This document shows positions 10,728 to 22,538 of a stretch of 23,725 nt of DNA, piece by piece. The DNA is taken from assembly GCA_030141605.1 (NCBI GenBank), contig JAQGDQ010000585.1, positions 1 through 23,725 of the forward strand, read 5' to 3'. Within the stretch, counting starts at the first letter, position 1, and every line of letters begins with the position of its first letter. The position numbers and the translations under genes were made by a program. Source of the DNA: Tubiluchus corallicola. Its lineage: Eukaryota > Animalia > Priapulida. Under the pieces are notes generated by a model. That model was not told where the DNA came from. It searched no databases and saw nothing but the letters and a program-made list of their open reading frames with translations.

Positions 10728-12109
10728 TGGACATGGACAACCTAGAGAAGTAGTATTAGAACAATGATAAAGGTACAGAACTGCCTTCAGTATTGAGACA
10801 AGGTTTGCTACGCCTGATGAAAAGATTCGCTGATAAGCAAGGACGGTTCAGTAGGAGAAGAGGCAATAATACTGAAACTATATGGGCCTATTAATATATG
10901 GTTAATGTGACCCAAATTAATGTACATGGGAGACATATTAAAGGCTTCATTGTCAAATGGGAAATTGCTAGGTTTTCGCATGCTCTTACCAATAAATGTT
11001 GAGCTGTTTTGCCAATCTAGTTAGCTCTGCTGTTGAGACAAGTATATTTTGTAAAAACTATCTGATGATATCAATATCTAAACACCATCTTTAAATTTTA
11101 AAAGATAAGCTGGGCTATTACGATTTCAAAATGATGCGGAGGTCAATTTGGGGAAACGATGATTTGACTAATTTGATAATTTTATTTTTCAGGATGTACA
11201 GGTTTACGTCCCCACCTAAAGTAAAAATGACATTTTTCTTAAACAACTGTAATCTAAGCAAACTGTACAATAAGTATAATTCACGTCACAATTACGCTTC
11301 AAACGGTACTTTTGTACAAACAAGGGTCACATTGGTTTCTTGGACATGGCACGTTTTTAAAGGAAGAGAGTATTATTTTTCATACACTGCCCCATTTTCA
11401 AGTCCGATAAAAAGTATACATTTTAACATAATTAATACTGCAAAAGCGGTTGTCATAATTAAATAATAAATTAAGGACTTAATTAATGGCGGGCGACATC
11501 ACAAACTAACATAATTTTCAACATCAAAAACTTCCACGAGCGTGTTACACATGTTTGTGAAAACGAAAATTGAAGTACAGTGCTATTGTAAAATATTCAG
11601 TGTGTTCTACTAAAACTAGGCGTGTTTTAAGATAAAAATTCAGATTTCAAATTTACGCATTGGTTGTCGAATGCGTGTAGTTTGTCACAAAGTCACACAT
11701 CTCAACTGAGATGTACAGCACTAATTCTTTGTGCAATGCGTTTCCGAAATGCAGACGCTGGTGCCCATCTAACTATCGAATAATGAAATGCATGTAACAG
11801 CGAAGAACTAGTGGCGCGAACGTGAACTTGTGTGGTAATAATTCTTTCACGCACGTTATTTTTTGAAAAAAATTGTGTTTCTTTTCAATTTTTTAAAAAG
11901 TAGGTTATTTTGACCCACAGTTTATGATTGGGTCCGGTTTTGCTTTAATTTAATAAACATAAACACTTACACATTGTTAGCCTACAAAAACATACTACCA
12001 ATCAATTTACCACAAAAAGGCATTCCCTGTACAATAATATTTGGAACGCTGGCCACGTTTTGTTAATTGTGACCTCAACAATATAAATTAAAAAGAATGG
12101 TTATTAGGA

Positions 12110-12251
12110 AACAATGCTGTGCTGCTGAAGAACACAAATGGAGGAACGATTTGAGTGCTGCGACATCTATTTCGATTGTAAGGCCAATTTTAATTTATAA
12201 TAAAGCTGCAGCGACAGTAGTATAAAATTGACTGCAAGCAAAATTCACTTG
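12110..12251 (+). other. Probable non-coding first exon of the C-type lectin gene (start approximate)
   Basis: Strong donor TTG|GTAAGT at 12252 and polypyrimidine acceptor ...TAAGTAG|12499; both are conserved in the duplicate. Confidence 0.5.
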
Positions 12252-12553
12252 GTAAGTATTCTAACTGCTCAAATCTTATGTGAACTTACTGTAAATGGAA
12301 ATTTTTACCCTAGATTTTTATTTCCTCACTTCCTTACCTTAGCTAGTCTAGGAAATTAGTCTCCCTTTAGTCATTCTAAATACTTATTTGTATGTGCTAA
12401 TTAATGCATATTGTGTACTTTTATCACATTATCAACTTTATACAAGTTTGAGTGTTGCTAACTTGCCCCCTTTGTTTTATGTTTTCTTATTTAAGTAGAT
12501 TCACAAATCGACAAGTTCTTATTCATTGTGACAGTAGTAACTGTTGATGCACA

Positions 12554-12661
12554 ATGAATGTGGCATCGATAGCCACCGTTTCACTAGTGCTGTTAATCAC
12601 TCTACCTTGTTCAAGTGCAAACCATGAAAGCGGCTCCAACAACAGTACCATGACCAGCACG
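12554..12661 (+). CDS. C-type lectin, coding exon 1 (signal peptide + Ser/Thr/Asn-rich linker)
   Basis: MNVASIATVSLVLLITLPCSSANHESGSNNSTMTST, 108 nt, phase-0 donor GTAACC at 12662. Confidence 0.85.
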
Positions 12662-12709
12662 GTAACCATCTTAATTTGAATAGTTATTCATTTTGAAGTT
12701 TAATAGTAA

Positions 12710-13323
12710 AGCTACGACGCCATGTGCGTGTAATGCAATGCGTGTTCCTTTGTTCGTTTACAACAGTTTACATTGAAATACATGGAAATAATCCGTAATG
12801 CGTGACCCGTAATGCGAAACGCGCTTGCAAGAGTTTATATTTAAACACGTGGAAGTGTTTCCATGTGTACGTAATGCGTGATCCGTAGTGCGTAATACGC
12901 ATACAAGAGTTTATATTTAAACACGTGGAAGTGTTTCCATGTGTACGTAATGCGTAAAGGGTGATCCGTAATGCGTAATACGCATACAAGAGTTTATATT
13001 TAAACACGTGGAAGTGTTTCCATGTGTACGTAATGCGTAATCCGTAATGTGTGTTACGTAATCCGTATTTATTCGAACGTGATGACTATCGTCTGAATAC
13101 GCATCACACAGCAGTACGCAGACTGGAAATCGCCATTGCCTAAGTGACTTTGCAAGTTCCTCATACGTACTATTATTCCCACACCTACAATTTCCTACAT
13201 TCACGAACAGTAACCAAAGATGGCGTAGAGGACGCCGCGAGCTCTGTTAATACGCATAGCGTTCAGGCGCACATGGAAACAGTCAATACGCATTACGGAT
13301 TATGCGCACATGGAGTCGTAGCT
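12710..13323. mobile_element. PIF/Harbinger-type MITE (614 bp) in the lectin intron
   Basis: 19-bp TIR AGCTACGAC(G/T)CCATGTGCG...CGCACATGGAGTCGTAGCT with a TAA TSD on both sides. Three internal ~80-bp tandem units (caagagtttatatttaaacacgtggaagtgtttccatgtgtacgtaatgcgt). Confidence 0.9.
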
Positions 13324-13629
13324 TAAGTCTATTACCAATTTTTAGAGATAAAATCACGAAAACTCTCAAACCAGGTTTTGTTGACGTGCATGTCTGTTAT
13401 GGTTTTTACATGAAAACTGGGCAGGTTGAAATCGGCCACTAAACGATAACAAAGGCAGAACGGTCTACCGCTAGGTAGCTCTTGCACCGGCTGAGAACTG
13501 TCCTGAGCTGTTGCATTACGTACCAAGGATGACCATCAAGCACACAATAGGCAGTGATGCGGAAATTAAGTTTAAATTATTTTAAGTTAAATTAACCACG
13601 ATCCACGTCACATCAGAAATATTCATCGT

Positions 13630-13873
13630 CCCAGCATGAGTATCACGATTTGGGACAATATGGAAATGCGGATTTGCCAAAACATTGTACCACTATTTTT
13701 GACAATCTGTGCAAACCATGTGTTTCCAGTAGTTGACGATAATGTAGCAACATTCGACAAAAATATCCACATTGTACCAACATGGTGACAACATTTTGTG
13801 AACATATTTTTGACAAGATCCTGACAAGAGAGTAACCATAAAATAATGGTGACAATATTGTGTGCTGCCTGGG
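13630..13873. mobile_element. Possible small CCC...GGG-ended (CMC/EnSpm-like) MITE remnant
   Basis: Begins CCCAGCA and ends TGTGTGCTGCCTGGG, with many internal GACAA/ACATTGTACC repeats. The TIRs are imperfect. Confidence 0.35.
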
Positions 13874-14441
13874 TAATTATAAATAATAATAATAATAACT
13901 TCACAATAACAATCACAAATAGTGTATAACAATGAGTTGCAAAGTTTAGAGAAGGACGGGATGGCAAAAGACCAAAAGTTCATGTAATCTGTCATCCCTA
14001 AATAGAGAGTCTACTAATTTCAGCATGGCGAGCAAATATTATTAGAACAAAATAAAGAATAAAATAATAAAACAGATCAAAATCAAATTAATAGCAAAAA
14101 ATTATGGTAAATAAAATTATGCAAATTTACGCAAAACAATGTGAAAACAAAATTAGTAAAGCAGAATTCTATGGGCTTGAAAACAAAACTACATAACTAA
14201 AAGCAAAATAGCTAACAAATTAATTTGGCTATGCAGTAGTGACACTAAAAGAAGCAAAATGAATAACAAATAACAGTATATTATTAATGCTATTTTTAAT
14301 ATGATTATCATCCGAAAATGAGTAATAAATTTAAATAGGTAAGTATCACTGATAAAGCAATCCAAAAGTGTGTTTCGTAACATCGTGTGCTTCCAAAGCA
14401 TCTGACTTAGGCTTTTGTATCACAGTTTATTTTCTCTACAG

Positions 14442-14631
14442 ACCAAGACCTGCTCCAGTTGTTGCAGAAATGATGGTGAATACTACAACGGACATTGCTA
14501 CTTGTTTTTCGACCATCCCCGTTGTAATTGGTTTCAGGCTGTGGTGAATTGCATACTGGCAGATACTGAGTTAGTGACCATTGAAAATGCTGCTGAAAGT
14601 CAGTTTGTAGTAAATCAGTTACAAGTGAAGG
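14442..14631 (+). CDS. C-type lectin, coding exon 2 (N-terminal half of CTLD)
   Basis: Acceptor ttttctctacag, then TKTCSSCCRNDGEYYNGHCYLF...W...A...C....LVTIENAAESQFV; phase-1 donor GTGAGT at 14632. Confidence 0.92.
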
Positions 14632-15359
14632 GTGAGTTTAATCACGGAGAATGACACTATAATAGTGTTGAGTTCCGTGGTATAATGAACATTTACTGCC
14701 CTGTTTAAGGCCCCGTACAGCCATGCAAGTTTCAGTTACGCAACTAAAAGTCGTGCAACTGAACAGCTTGGCAATTTTACCAAAATCAGTCGTCCAGACG
14801 TAAAATTTTTAATTGTGCAACTGGCATCTATAATTCGAAGAATTTGCTTGCGTTTGTGCACTATTATTTTCCGAAAGGTGAAACGAAATTTATCAGAAGT
14901 ATCGAGTGGATCCAATACCTAACCAGTGCTTAATGAAAATGGTGTCTTTGAGTGCCGTTATTATAAGTCTAAGTAGATTTGATGGACTTTTGCATAATAT
15001 TTCTAATAGGCTGTCCTCATCACCTTATGGACCTTACTGTCAGCAGATTGAAAAAATTATTACTCGGGGAAAATTGTTGTGTGCAGTTGCTTTGCAACAT
15101 TATTGTTTACTACTTGTGTAGCAGTTGTACATGGTGTATATTACCTTAAGAACAAAGGCTGTATAAAAGTGAATGAAAGAAAGTATCTATGCAGTTGGAA
15201 TACTTGAAATCCAAATACAAATGTCGCTTATCTTAATCATTTCATACTCAAATCCTACTTATAATGCATTTTTTAGTTTTGTTGTGAATTGTTATACTGT
15301 AGTTACAGTACATCCCTCGATGGTTACTTTACAGTTCACATTTCCATACTTTTGCATCA

Positions 15360-15500
15360 CGTCTCTGCTGAATTCCTTTCTATTTCGTTTCTCTTCTCAC
15401 TTTCTCTATCTTCTTCTCCCACTTTGTCTCTACCGTTCTCTGTCTTTCTATGATTCTTTCTCTTGCCAACTAAGCAGTTTTCTTTCCACTTTTCATGACA
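15360..15500. repeat. CT-rich low-complexity tract in the lectin intron
   Basis: Polypyrimidine run ttctcttctcactttctctatcttcttctccc. Confidence 0.6.
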
Positions 15501-17089
15501 GTTTCACAAGTTTTGCTTCTCGACCACCAATCAGCATACATTTCTGGTTGATAAACTATTATGTAGTTTAGTGTTATGAAATATTAACATAGTTCAATTA
15601 TTACAGTTATATTTTCATTTTTCCCTAGCTATGTGACATAATAACATATCAATACAATTTTCTTTTAATTATTGTACTATTTTTGATTTGATTTATAATA
15701 GTTTTAATGTGATAATGTAAATTGTAATTATGCTTAAGTGGATTATAAATTACAATTACAATGTGTTGATTGCATTGAGACTTAGTCGCATGTTCACTTT
15801 GATGATTTTATATTTTGGTCTCCTGTTTCTAAATTTGTGACCGAATCACTTAAATGATGGCAGGAAAAGCAGTGAGAATGATGTTTCTCCATTAAATTGA
15901 TTCTCATTTCTCTCTTGTATATGTTGAATAGTGCCTCTTTATAAGATACTGCCTTTTTCTTAGCTTAACTATTGTGTTTGGTTAACTGCTGGGCAGCTAA
16001 AAATTGCATGTCTGCGCGCTGTCATTGAAAACAATGCATTACAAAACAGTTGCGCAACTAAATGTTTACACTCGTATTGCAACATTTAATTGCATATGTC
16101 TCTGAACGGCTTATCAAATTTGTTACAATGGATTTGAATCCTGTCTCTTCCGTAAATATGTGTGGATGAGCCCACTTATAAAACATTTAAAAAAAGCACG
16201 TTGAATGTCCTAGCTAGCCCTACTTTTCAAATCTGTACAGTTCAACTATATGAAGTCAAATACTGTTATCCCATATCATTTAAAAAAATCGCAAATTGTT
16301 TTCGTATTATTTTCGTTGCCAGATGGCAGCACCATGCGAAATCTAACTTAAACACACACATCAGTGGGGCATTATTTAACACCAGGACTCACAATAGTTA
16401 TACAGCTGACACAAAAGCTTTTCCATGCAGCAAAACAGATTTTATATATTGTAAACACTACAAAACGCTTATCAGCACTTGCACCTGACTGAATTGTGAA
16501 CAAAACTTGGTGTTATACGCCTGCAAGAAGACTCTACATACTTCATCAAGACGAAACATATTGACTAATTTTGTCACGTAGTTATTTTAATTATATTTTG
16601 TTATTCAATTACAAACTGTATAAAAGTTAGGTAAACGTAATAACGACCTATACTTTTCTATGCTAGCTCCAGCGGAACTAATAATGGGCTAATAAAAACT
16701 ACTCGTTTCTTGATTCTATAAACGATAGAAAATACTGGGCCTACAAACGACTTTTTTGTTTTATTTACATCTGATTGCTTTCATCTGTAAGAGATGTCGA
16801 TGATCCCTATATGGGTCTATCGTTTTCCAATTCTGAAATGCTATGAACGTGTAAAATTTTTGAATCACCTGGTCCAGGTTAAGTCAACCACATTCATTTC
16901 ACAATCGTTGCAGATTGGTAGGATGTACTTCTTATCATGTAGCAATTAGGCCTAAAAATGTGTAAAGAAAACCCATCCACACAACACAGCTGGTCACCAT
17001 TGCATAATTATACACACATTGAAAATGAGTGATGTTTTTTACGTATTTTCGTTACATATTGGCACGCTAACAAGGTAATTTTCTTATAG

Positions 17090-17310
17090 GAATGAGTCAT
17101 ACGTGGATTGGAGGAACAGATACGCTAAGTGCAGACAACTGGAGATGGATTTCCAATGGCCAGAACATTACATTTACTAACTGGGGTGATAGTGAACCTG
17201 CCAACAAAGAACACTGCATAATACTGCTTGACAGAAAAAATCATCAATGGTCAGATAATTTTTGTAAAGCCCCATATTATTCTTTCATTTGTGAATCTGA
17301 TGCTAAGTAG
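17090..17310 (+). CDS. C-type lectin (perlucin-like, secreted, 172 aa total), last coding exon
   Basis: Acceptor ttcttatag is phase-compatible with the previous exon. Contains WIGG, WRW, FTNWGDSEPA, EHC, WSDNFC and FICE; stop TAG at 17308-17310. Confidence 0.93.
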
Positions 17311-17393
17311 TTCAAAGTTTTCCTCATTTTAAAGTCCACGTAGCAAAACATCATTTAAAGGAAAACCGAATGATTGTGCAAACATTAGCTGAG

Positions 17394-17399
17394 AATAAA
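17394..17399 (+). terminator. Candidate polyadenylation signal of the lectin gene
   Basis: AATAAA about 85 nt after the stop codon. Confidence 0.5.
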
Positions 17400-18341
17400 G
17401 AATGCTCTAAAATATGGAAAACTACAATAGCTTTTTTTTAAATCAAAGCTTAGATTAAAGTTTCTGACGTAGTCATATGATGTAGAGCCCATTTTTCGTG
17501 ACATTCAGCGTACTTTAAAATATTCCAATAACTTTATTATAGCAAGTTATGATTTTTAAGTAATATTAGCTATTTAGACAGTCTTTCCTGTTCATTTTCT
17601 TTTTAGACTATCTGTGATGCTTTGTTCACTGTTTATAAAAGTGTTAATGCAAGATACGTAATAATTTATAACCATTATTAATTCACTAATTATTTTTAAT
17701 TGACCAGTATGAAAATTTCATGTACTGCCATCTTCTAATGAACGTGAATTTGCTGGATAAAATTTAATACTGTTAGTTAATAACAGCTTGTGAACGTTGA
17801 TCCAACAACAGCAGCAAGACTAATAAGAGCAAGTCCAAGTTTAAATGTCATATTCCTAGACGTAAGAACCATAGAAACTCTCAACTATATGTTTTCATAC
17901 CAGTGAGGATTCCAAGTCTGTGAGGACTCAATTGATTTTGGTCTCGTACCTGAATCATCTCAAGATAAATTTTAATCTCGGAAAGCAAGGAAACTGAGTG
18001 GCAACGAAGCTCAAAGAGAAAATCTACTCGACTGACAGGCACGAGAGTACAAAGTAATTAACCAACAAACACTTTGTTAACAAAAAGATTGACAGAAAGC
18101 AGTAAAAAAACATTGTAATGCATTCATACCTGCAGAATGAAACTAGAAAGATGTGATTGGTAAAAATAAACAAACTTTTATTTACAGATAAATAAACATC
18201 ACTACACTATTTGTATTAATACTATACAATAATTTACAAAATTGAATCAGTATTTGAATATCTGTCAGTAGGAAGTTGTCATTTTGGAACACTCAGCATT
18301 AATAAAGATAAATCCAAAGTGCAAGATTTGCTCTATCAATG

Positions 18342-18397
18342 TCAGGTTAACAAGGAAGACTGGCTTCCATCTTTTGTTCTAGCCAGAAGCCGCCAAC
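18342..18397 (-). CDS. Candidate terminal exon of the TTLL4-like gene (GWRLLARTKDGSQSSLLT*)
   Basis: Acceptor atatttgtag is phase-1 compatible with the 19802 donor, and G-x-x-L-L matches the expected continuation. Minus-strand AATAAA at 18182-18177. Confidence 0.35.
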
Positions 18398-19343
18398 CTA
18401 CAAATATTAACTATTTTCAGTTATTACAATTTATGCAACGATGACTTCAGCAGGACTATTGACAATTACATGTACATGTTAAAGAACCCAAATAAACAGT
18501 CTTAGTCAACAAATGAATTAATTTGCGAAGTTATTTTGTTTTCATACTTAAATACGTAAATATTTCAGGCAATGGGAACATGAGTGACCATGTTGTGCTT
18601 TTGGCTAAGTAGTTAAGTACAGCCAATCTTGCTTGTGAGTAATACCTGGAAGCCATTTCCCGCTAATGCCTTTCTTATAAGGCTATGAGAAAATGTCCAT
18701 TAAAAGTTGGCAAGAATGATGATTTCATCCTCTACCAATGACGAAGTTATCTAGCCAAGTTTCCACCTAATGTTTCACAATTCTATGATTTCTGATACCA
18801 TAGGAAGATGGGCCAGAGTCCCAATCGCAAGGTAAATAGTTCAAAACACCTTGCGATAAGCGGAATTCGCATCGAAGGTAAAGTGTAGTAACCACTTGGC
18901 TGCCCCGACAAGAGGTGACATCGAAGTGACTGACTGTAAATGGGTGCAAGTACGTCTGGTCCCAAATGTAGGGGAACTCGTCCAAGTTTTTCATGGACAA
19001 TTTGATTGGAAATACTCTCAGTTGACTGATGGAAATCAAATCACTATAGGGAGCGAATAGTCTGCATACAAAACTCTCTGTTGATGACAGTGTGTTGCTG
19101 TTTGAAATGGGATCTACTTCCAGGGTAAACATCAGGCAAAGGTTTTAGACATTAGTGCAAATATATCTTAACATTTTAAGCTCGAAATGTCTTATAATGT
19201 CGGAAGGCTACAGGTTTTGTGAAACCATCACACTACACAAGCGACAGAGCTTGCCCAATCACGATTAGCGGCAGCATTGCTTTTTATGCCAGGCTTATCG
19301 GCGAGAGAAATGCTGCCATTCACTCAACTTGGGTTTCGCCGCC

Positions 19344-19455
19344 CAGCTACACATGAATGTCTACATGCATCACGTGGTTTGTTTGAAACATTGTTTAATA
19401 CATACGGGTACAGCTACACATGAATGTCTACGTGCACCACGTGGTTTGTTTGAAA
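19344..19455. repeat. 45-bp direct repeat (67-bp period)
   Basis: cagctacacatgaatgtctac(a/g)tgca(t/c)cacgtggtttgtttgaaa at 19344-19388 and 19411-19455. Confidence 0.9.
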
Positions 19456-19801
19456 GGTACTTCATAAAACTATTTATTTTGCTTATTTAAAAGTGGATCT
19501 GGTGAGCCCTGTTTCTAACTTTTAACAGACAATTTCTTGAAAAATCACAGTATTTGAGTTTGTACTCTATAAATAGATAGGTGATTATTTGGAAAACTGA
19601 TGCTGGGTAGCTTCACCTCTTCATGCATTTTTGCATCCGAACCCGATTACGACACCTTCACTGGTTCAGTGTCTCATTTTATATGATTATCTTTGATAAA
19701 TAGTTACTTTCCAAGTTACGTTGCAATCAAACGATAACAGGTCGCACTGACATTAAAAGCCGTTCTTTTAGAAAACTGTCAAACTGTATGAAGTACTGAA
19801 C

Positions 19802-20012
19802 CTGCTTCAGGATTATTGTGATACTTTATGGTCCAGGCGTCGAGGAGTAAATTACTGTAACGTTTTTTCTTAAAATATTTCAAATATTTGTGAGAGGTTG
19901 GACTGGGAAAGATGCGCTGGAAACGTCCACGTCTCTGATACTCGTCTTCCACTTCCTTCAGTTCACGCACATCAGCTGGTGTGAGATCATCTAAAATTTT
20001 AGAATCAACTTC
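19802..20012 (-). CDS. TTLL4: Exon of a TTLL4-like tubulin glutamylase (region C-terminal to the catalytic core)
   Basis: Acceptor ctttcttttcag. EVDSKILDDLTPADVRELKEVEDEYQRRGRFQRIFPSPTSHKYLKYFKKKRYSNLLLDAWTIKY matches the TTLL4 pattern LD.LTPDDVR.L...EDE..RRG.F.RIFP......YL.FF...RY.N.L...W..KY. Donor AG|GTTCAGT. Confidence 0.85.
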
Positions 20013-20250
20013 CTGAAAAGAAAGTTTATAATGTGAAATTAATCAAAGTGTTTTACGAGATATCTTTCGTATTTCGTACACTTTTTTGTATTTTCAACAT
20101 ACATCTTTTGTCGAATCAACATGAATTTCTCGCTCAATTTAAACTTTGGCTGTAAACATGGCAATTACTTTACGTAACACGTGAATAGTACACACCTGTA
20201 CTTGCCCAGGTGTGACTGCTTCAGTCATACATCTACGTAAGTCATATATA

Positions 20251-20680
20251 CAGGGTCGAATTAAGGCTTCTATAAACTCTAAGGACTGAAAAGATTATGC
20301 TACCCCCATATGCGTGTAATTCAGAACTCACAAGGCACACATAGTCATCATCACCGCCATGTGATAAAATACATTCATTCAAAAGCAACATTATCCTGTT
20401 TTCAGTATCAACATATTTCTATAGGGCATTACCGCACTTGAAATATATTTTGACACATTGTTTAATCAATCAATGTCATCATCTGGGCAGCCAGCTAACA
20501 GCTCAGGCTGCTCAGTAAGCACAATGTTGTTGCCCCAACCGTACCGCCATATTGTACACAACAACAGAAACCACTCACATATTACGATATATTTTACGTG
20601 TTCGTAATTATTCTGTGTGGGGCCCTCTTCTCCTGACAAAGCACGTGCTTATTTTGGTTAATGGTTAATTCTTGACCGCA
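20251..20680. mobile_element. hAT-type MITE (CAGGGCCGGATTAA-like termini), degenerate
   Basis: Left CAGGGTCGAATTAAGG and right GGTTAATTCTTGACCGCA, with an internal GGGGCCC. Flanks CATATATA/CATATACA form a 7/8-matching 8-bp TSD. Confidence 0.55.
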
Positions 20681-22011
20681 CATATACAACCACCACAAAG
20701 GTGCACGGATTTGTTTAAATGAGTAAAGAAAAAACACGAAACATTATAAGATGAATCCCAGAGTTTTTTTATTTACTGCTCCAATGTCTTATCTTTAAAC
20801 AAATAATGTCTCTGGTCCCAGTAAAGAATAATAACATTTTGTTATAAGGTTCTATAGTAGGACATTCTAAGCTGTTTGTTTGTAACGTTTCTGATATGAA
20901 TAAACTTAGAATTTTTTTAATCATCCCAGAAAGTTCACAAACACATAGCTGAGATGGTCTTACGAATGAAACAAAACATCGTGAGCAACAAACTGCGTGC
21001 CAGAAAATGATAGAAATAATTGAAAAACTGATTTAAAAGTATTCTTTAGTTATTTTTTTATTTTTTTTCAACTTCTTTTTCTCAGACACACCATTCTCAC
21101 GGAGAAAACATCATGAATTGTACCCTGTATATTTATGGTTCACAGAACTACGAATAACTGCAATTCTAATTATTAAGATAAGAACTTTTATAGGTTTTAC
21201 ATGTCAAATGTAGACCTGCGTTAACTCAAATGTAAATTTAGGTAATTAAAATCTGTTAACCATGGTTTTCAAGAAATCTTAAGCGCTTTTGGTAAATCAA
21301 ATGTAGACACATGTCAAGTCAAATGTGACATTGGTATCTCAAATGTGGATAGATTTGGAACGCTGGCCATATTTTGTTAATTGTGACCTCAACAAAATAT
21401 AAATTAAAAAGAATGGTTATTAGGAAACAATGCTGTGCTGCTGACGAACACAATTGAAGGAAAGATTTGAGTGTTGCGGCATCTATTTCAGTTCTAAGGC
21501 CAATTTGAATTTATAATAAAGCTGCAGATTGAATGCAAGCAAAATTCACTTGGTAAGTATTCTAACTGTTTAAATCTTATGTGAACTTGCTGTGCATGGA
21601 AATTTTTACCCTGGATTTTTCATTTCCTCACTTCCTTACCTTAGCTAGTCTAGAAAATTAGTCTCCCTTTAGTCATTCTAAATACTTATTTGTTTGTGCT
21701 AATTAATGCATGTTGTGTACTTTTATCAAATTATCAACTTTATACAAGTTTGAGTGTTGCCAACTTGCCTCCTTTGTTTTATGTTTTCTTATTTAAGTAG
21801 ATTCACAAATCGACAAGTTCTTATTCATTGTGACAGTAGTAACTGTTGATGCACAATGTATGTGGCATCGATAGCCACCGTTTCACTAGTGCTGTTAATC
21901 ACTCTACCTTGTTCAAGTGCAAACCATGAAAGCCGCTCCAACAACAGTACCATGACCAACACGGTAACCATCTTAATTTGAATAGTTATTCATTTTGAAG
22001 TTTAATAGTAA

Positions 22012-22538
22012 AGCTACGACTCCATGTGCGTGTAATGCAATGCGTGTTCCTTAGTTCGTTTACAACAGTTTACATTGAAATACGTGGAAATAATCCGTAA
22101 TGCGTGACTTGCAAGAGTTTATATTTAAACACGTGGGAGTGTTTCCATGTGTACATAATGCGTAATGCGTGATCCGTAATGCGTAATGCGTAATGCGCAT
22201 ACAAAAACTTATACTTAAACACGTGGAAGTGTTTCCATGTGTACGTTATGCGTAATCCGTAATGCGTGATACGTAATCCGTATTTATTCGAACGTGATGA
22301 CTATCGTCTGAATACGCATCACACAGCAGTACGCAGACTGAAAATCGCCATTGCCTAAGTGACTTCGCAAGTTCCTCATACGTACTATTATTCCCACACC
22401 TACAATTTTCTACATTCACGAACAGTAAACAAAGATGGCGGAGAGGACGCCGCGAGCTCTGTTAATATTCATAGCGTTCAGGCGCACATGGAAACAGTCA
22501 ATATGCATTACGCATTATGCGCACATGGAGTCGTAGCT
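22012..22538. mobile_element. PIF/Harbinger-type MITE, duplicated copy (527 bp)
   Basis: Perfect 19-bp TIR AGCTACGACTCCATGTGCG with TAA TSD, two internal units instead of three, same insertion site as 12710-13323. Confidence 0.9.

Noticed and set aside
12828-13040. CRISPR-like repeat-spacer pattern
   Set aside because: Eukaryotic context, spacers resemble each other, no cas genes, and the repeats lie inside a TIR-bounded MITE.
15173-15571. 132-aa hydrophobic ORF
   Set aside because: Arises from CT-rich intronic low complexity.
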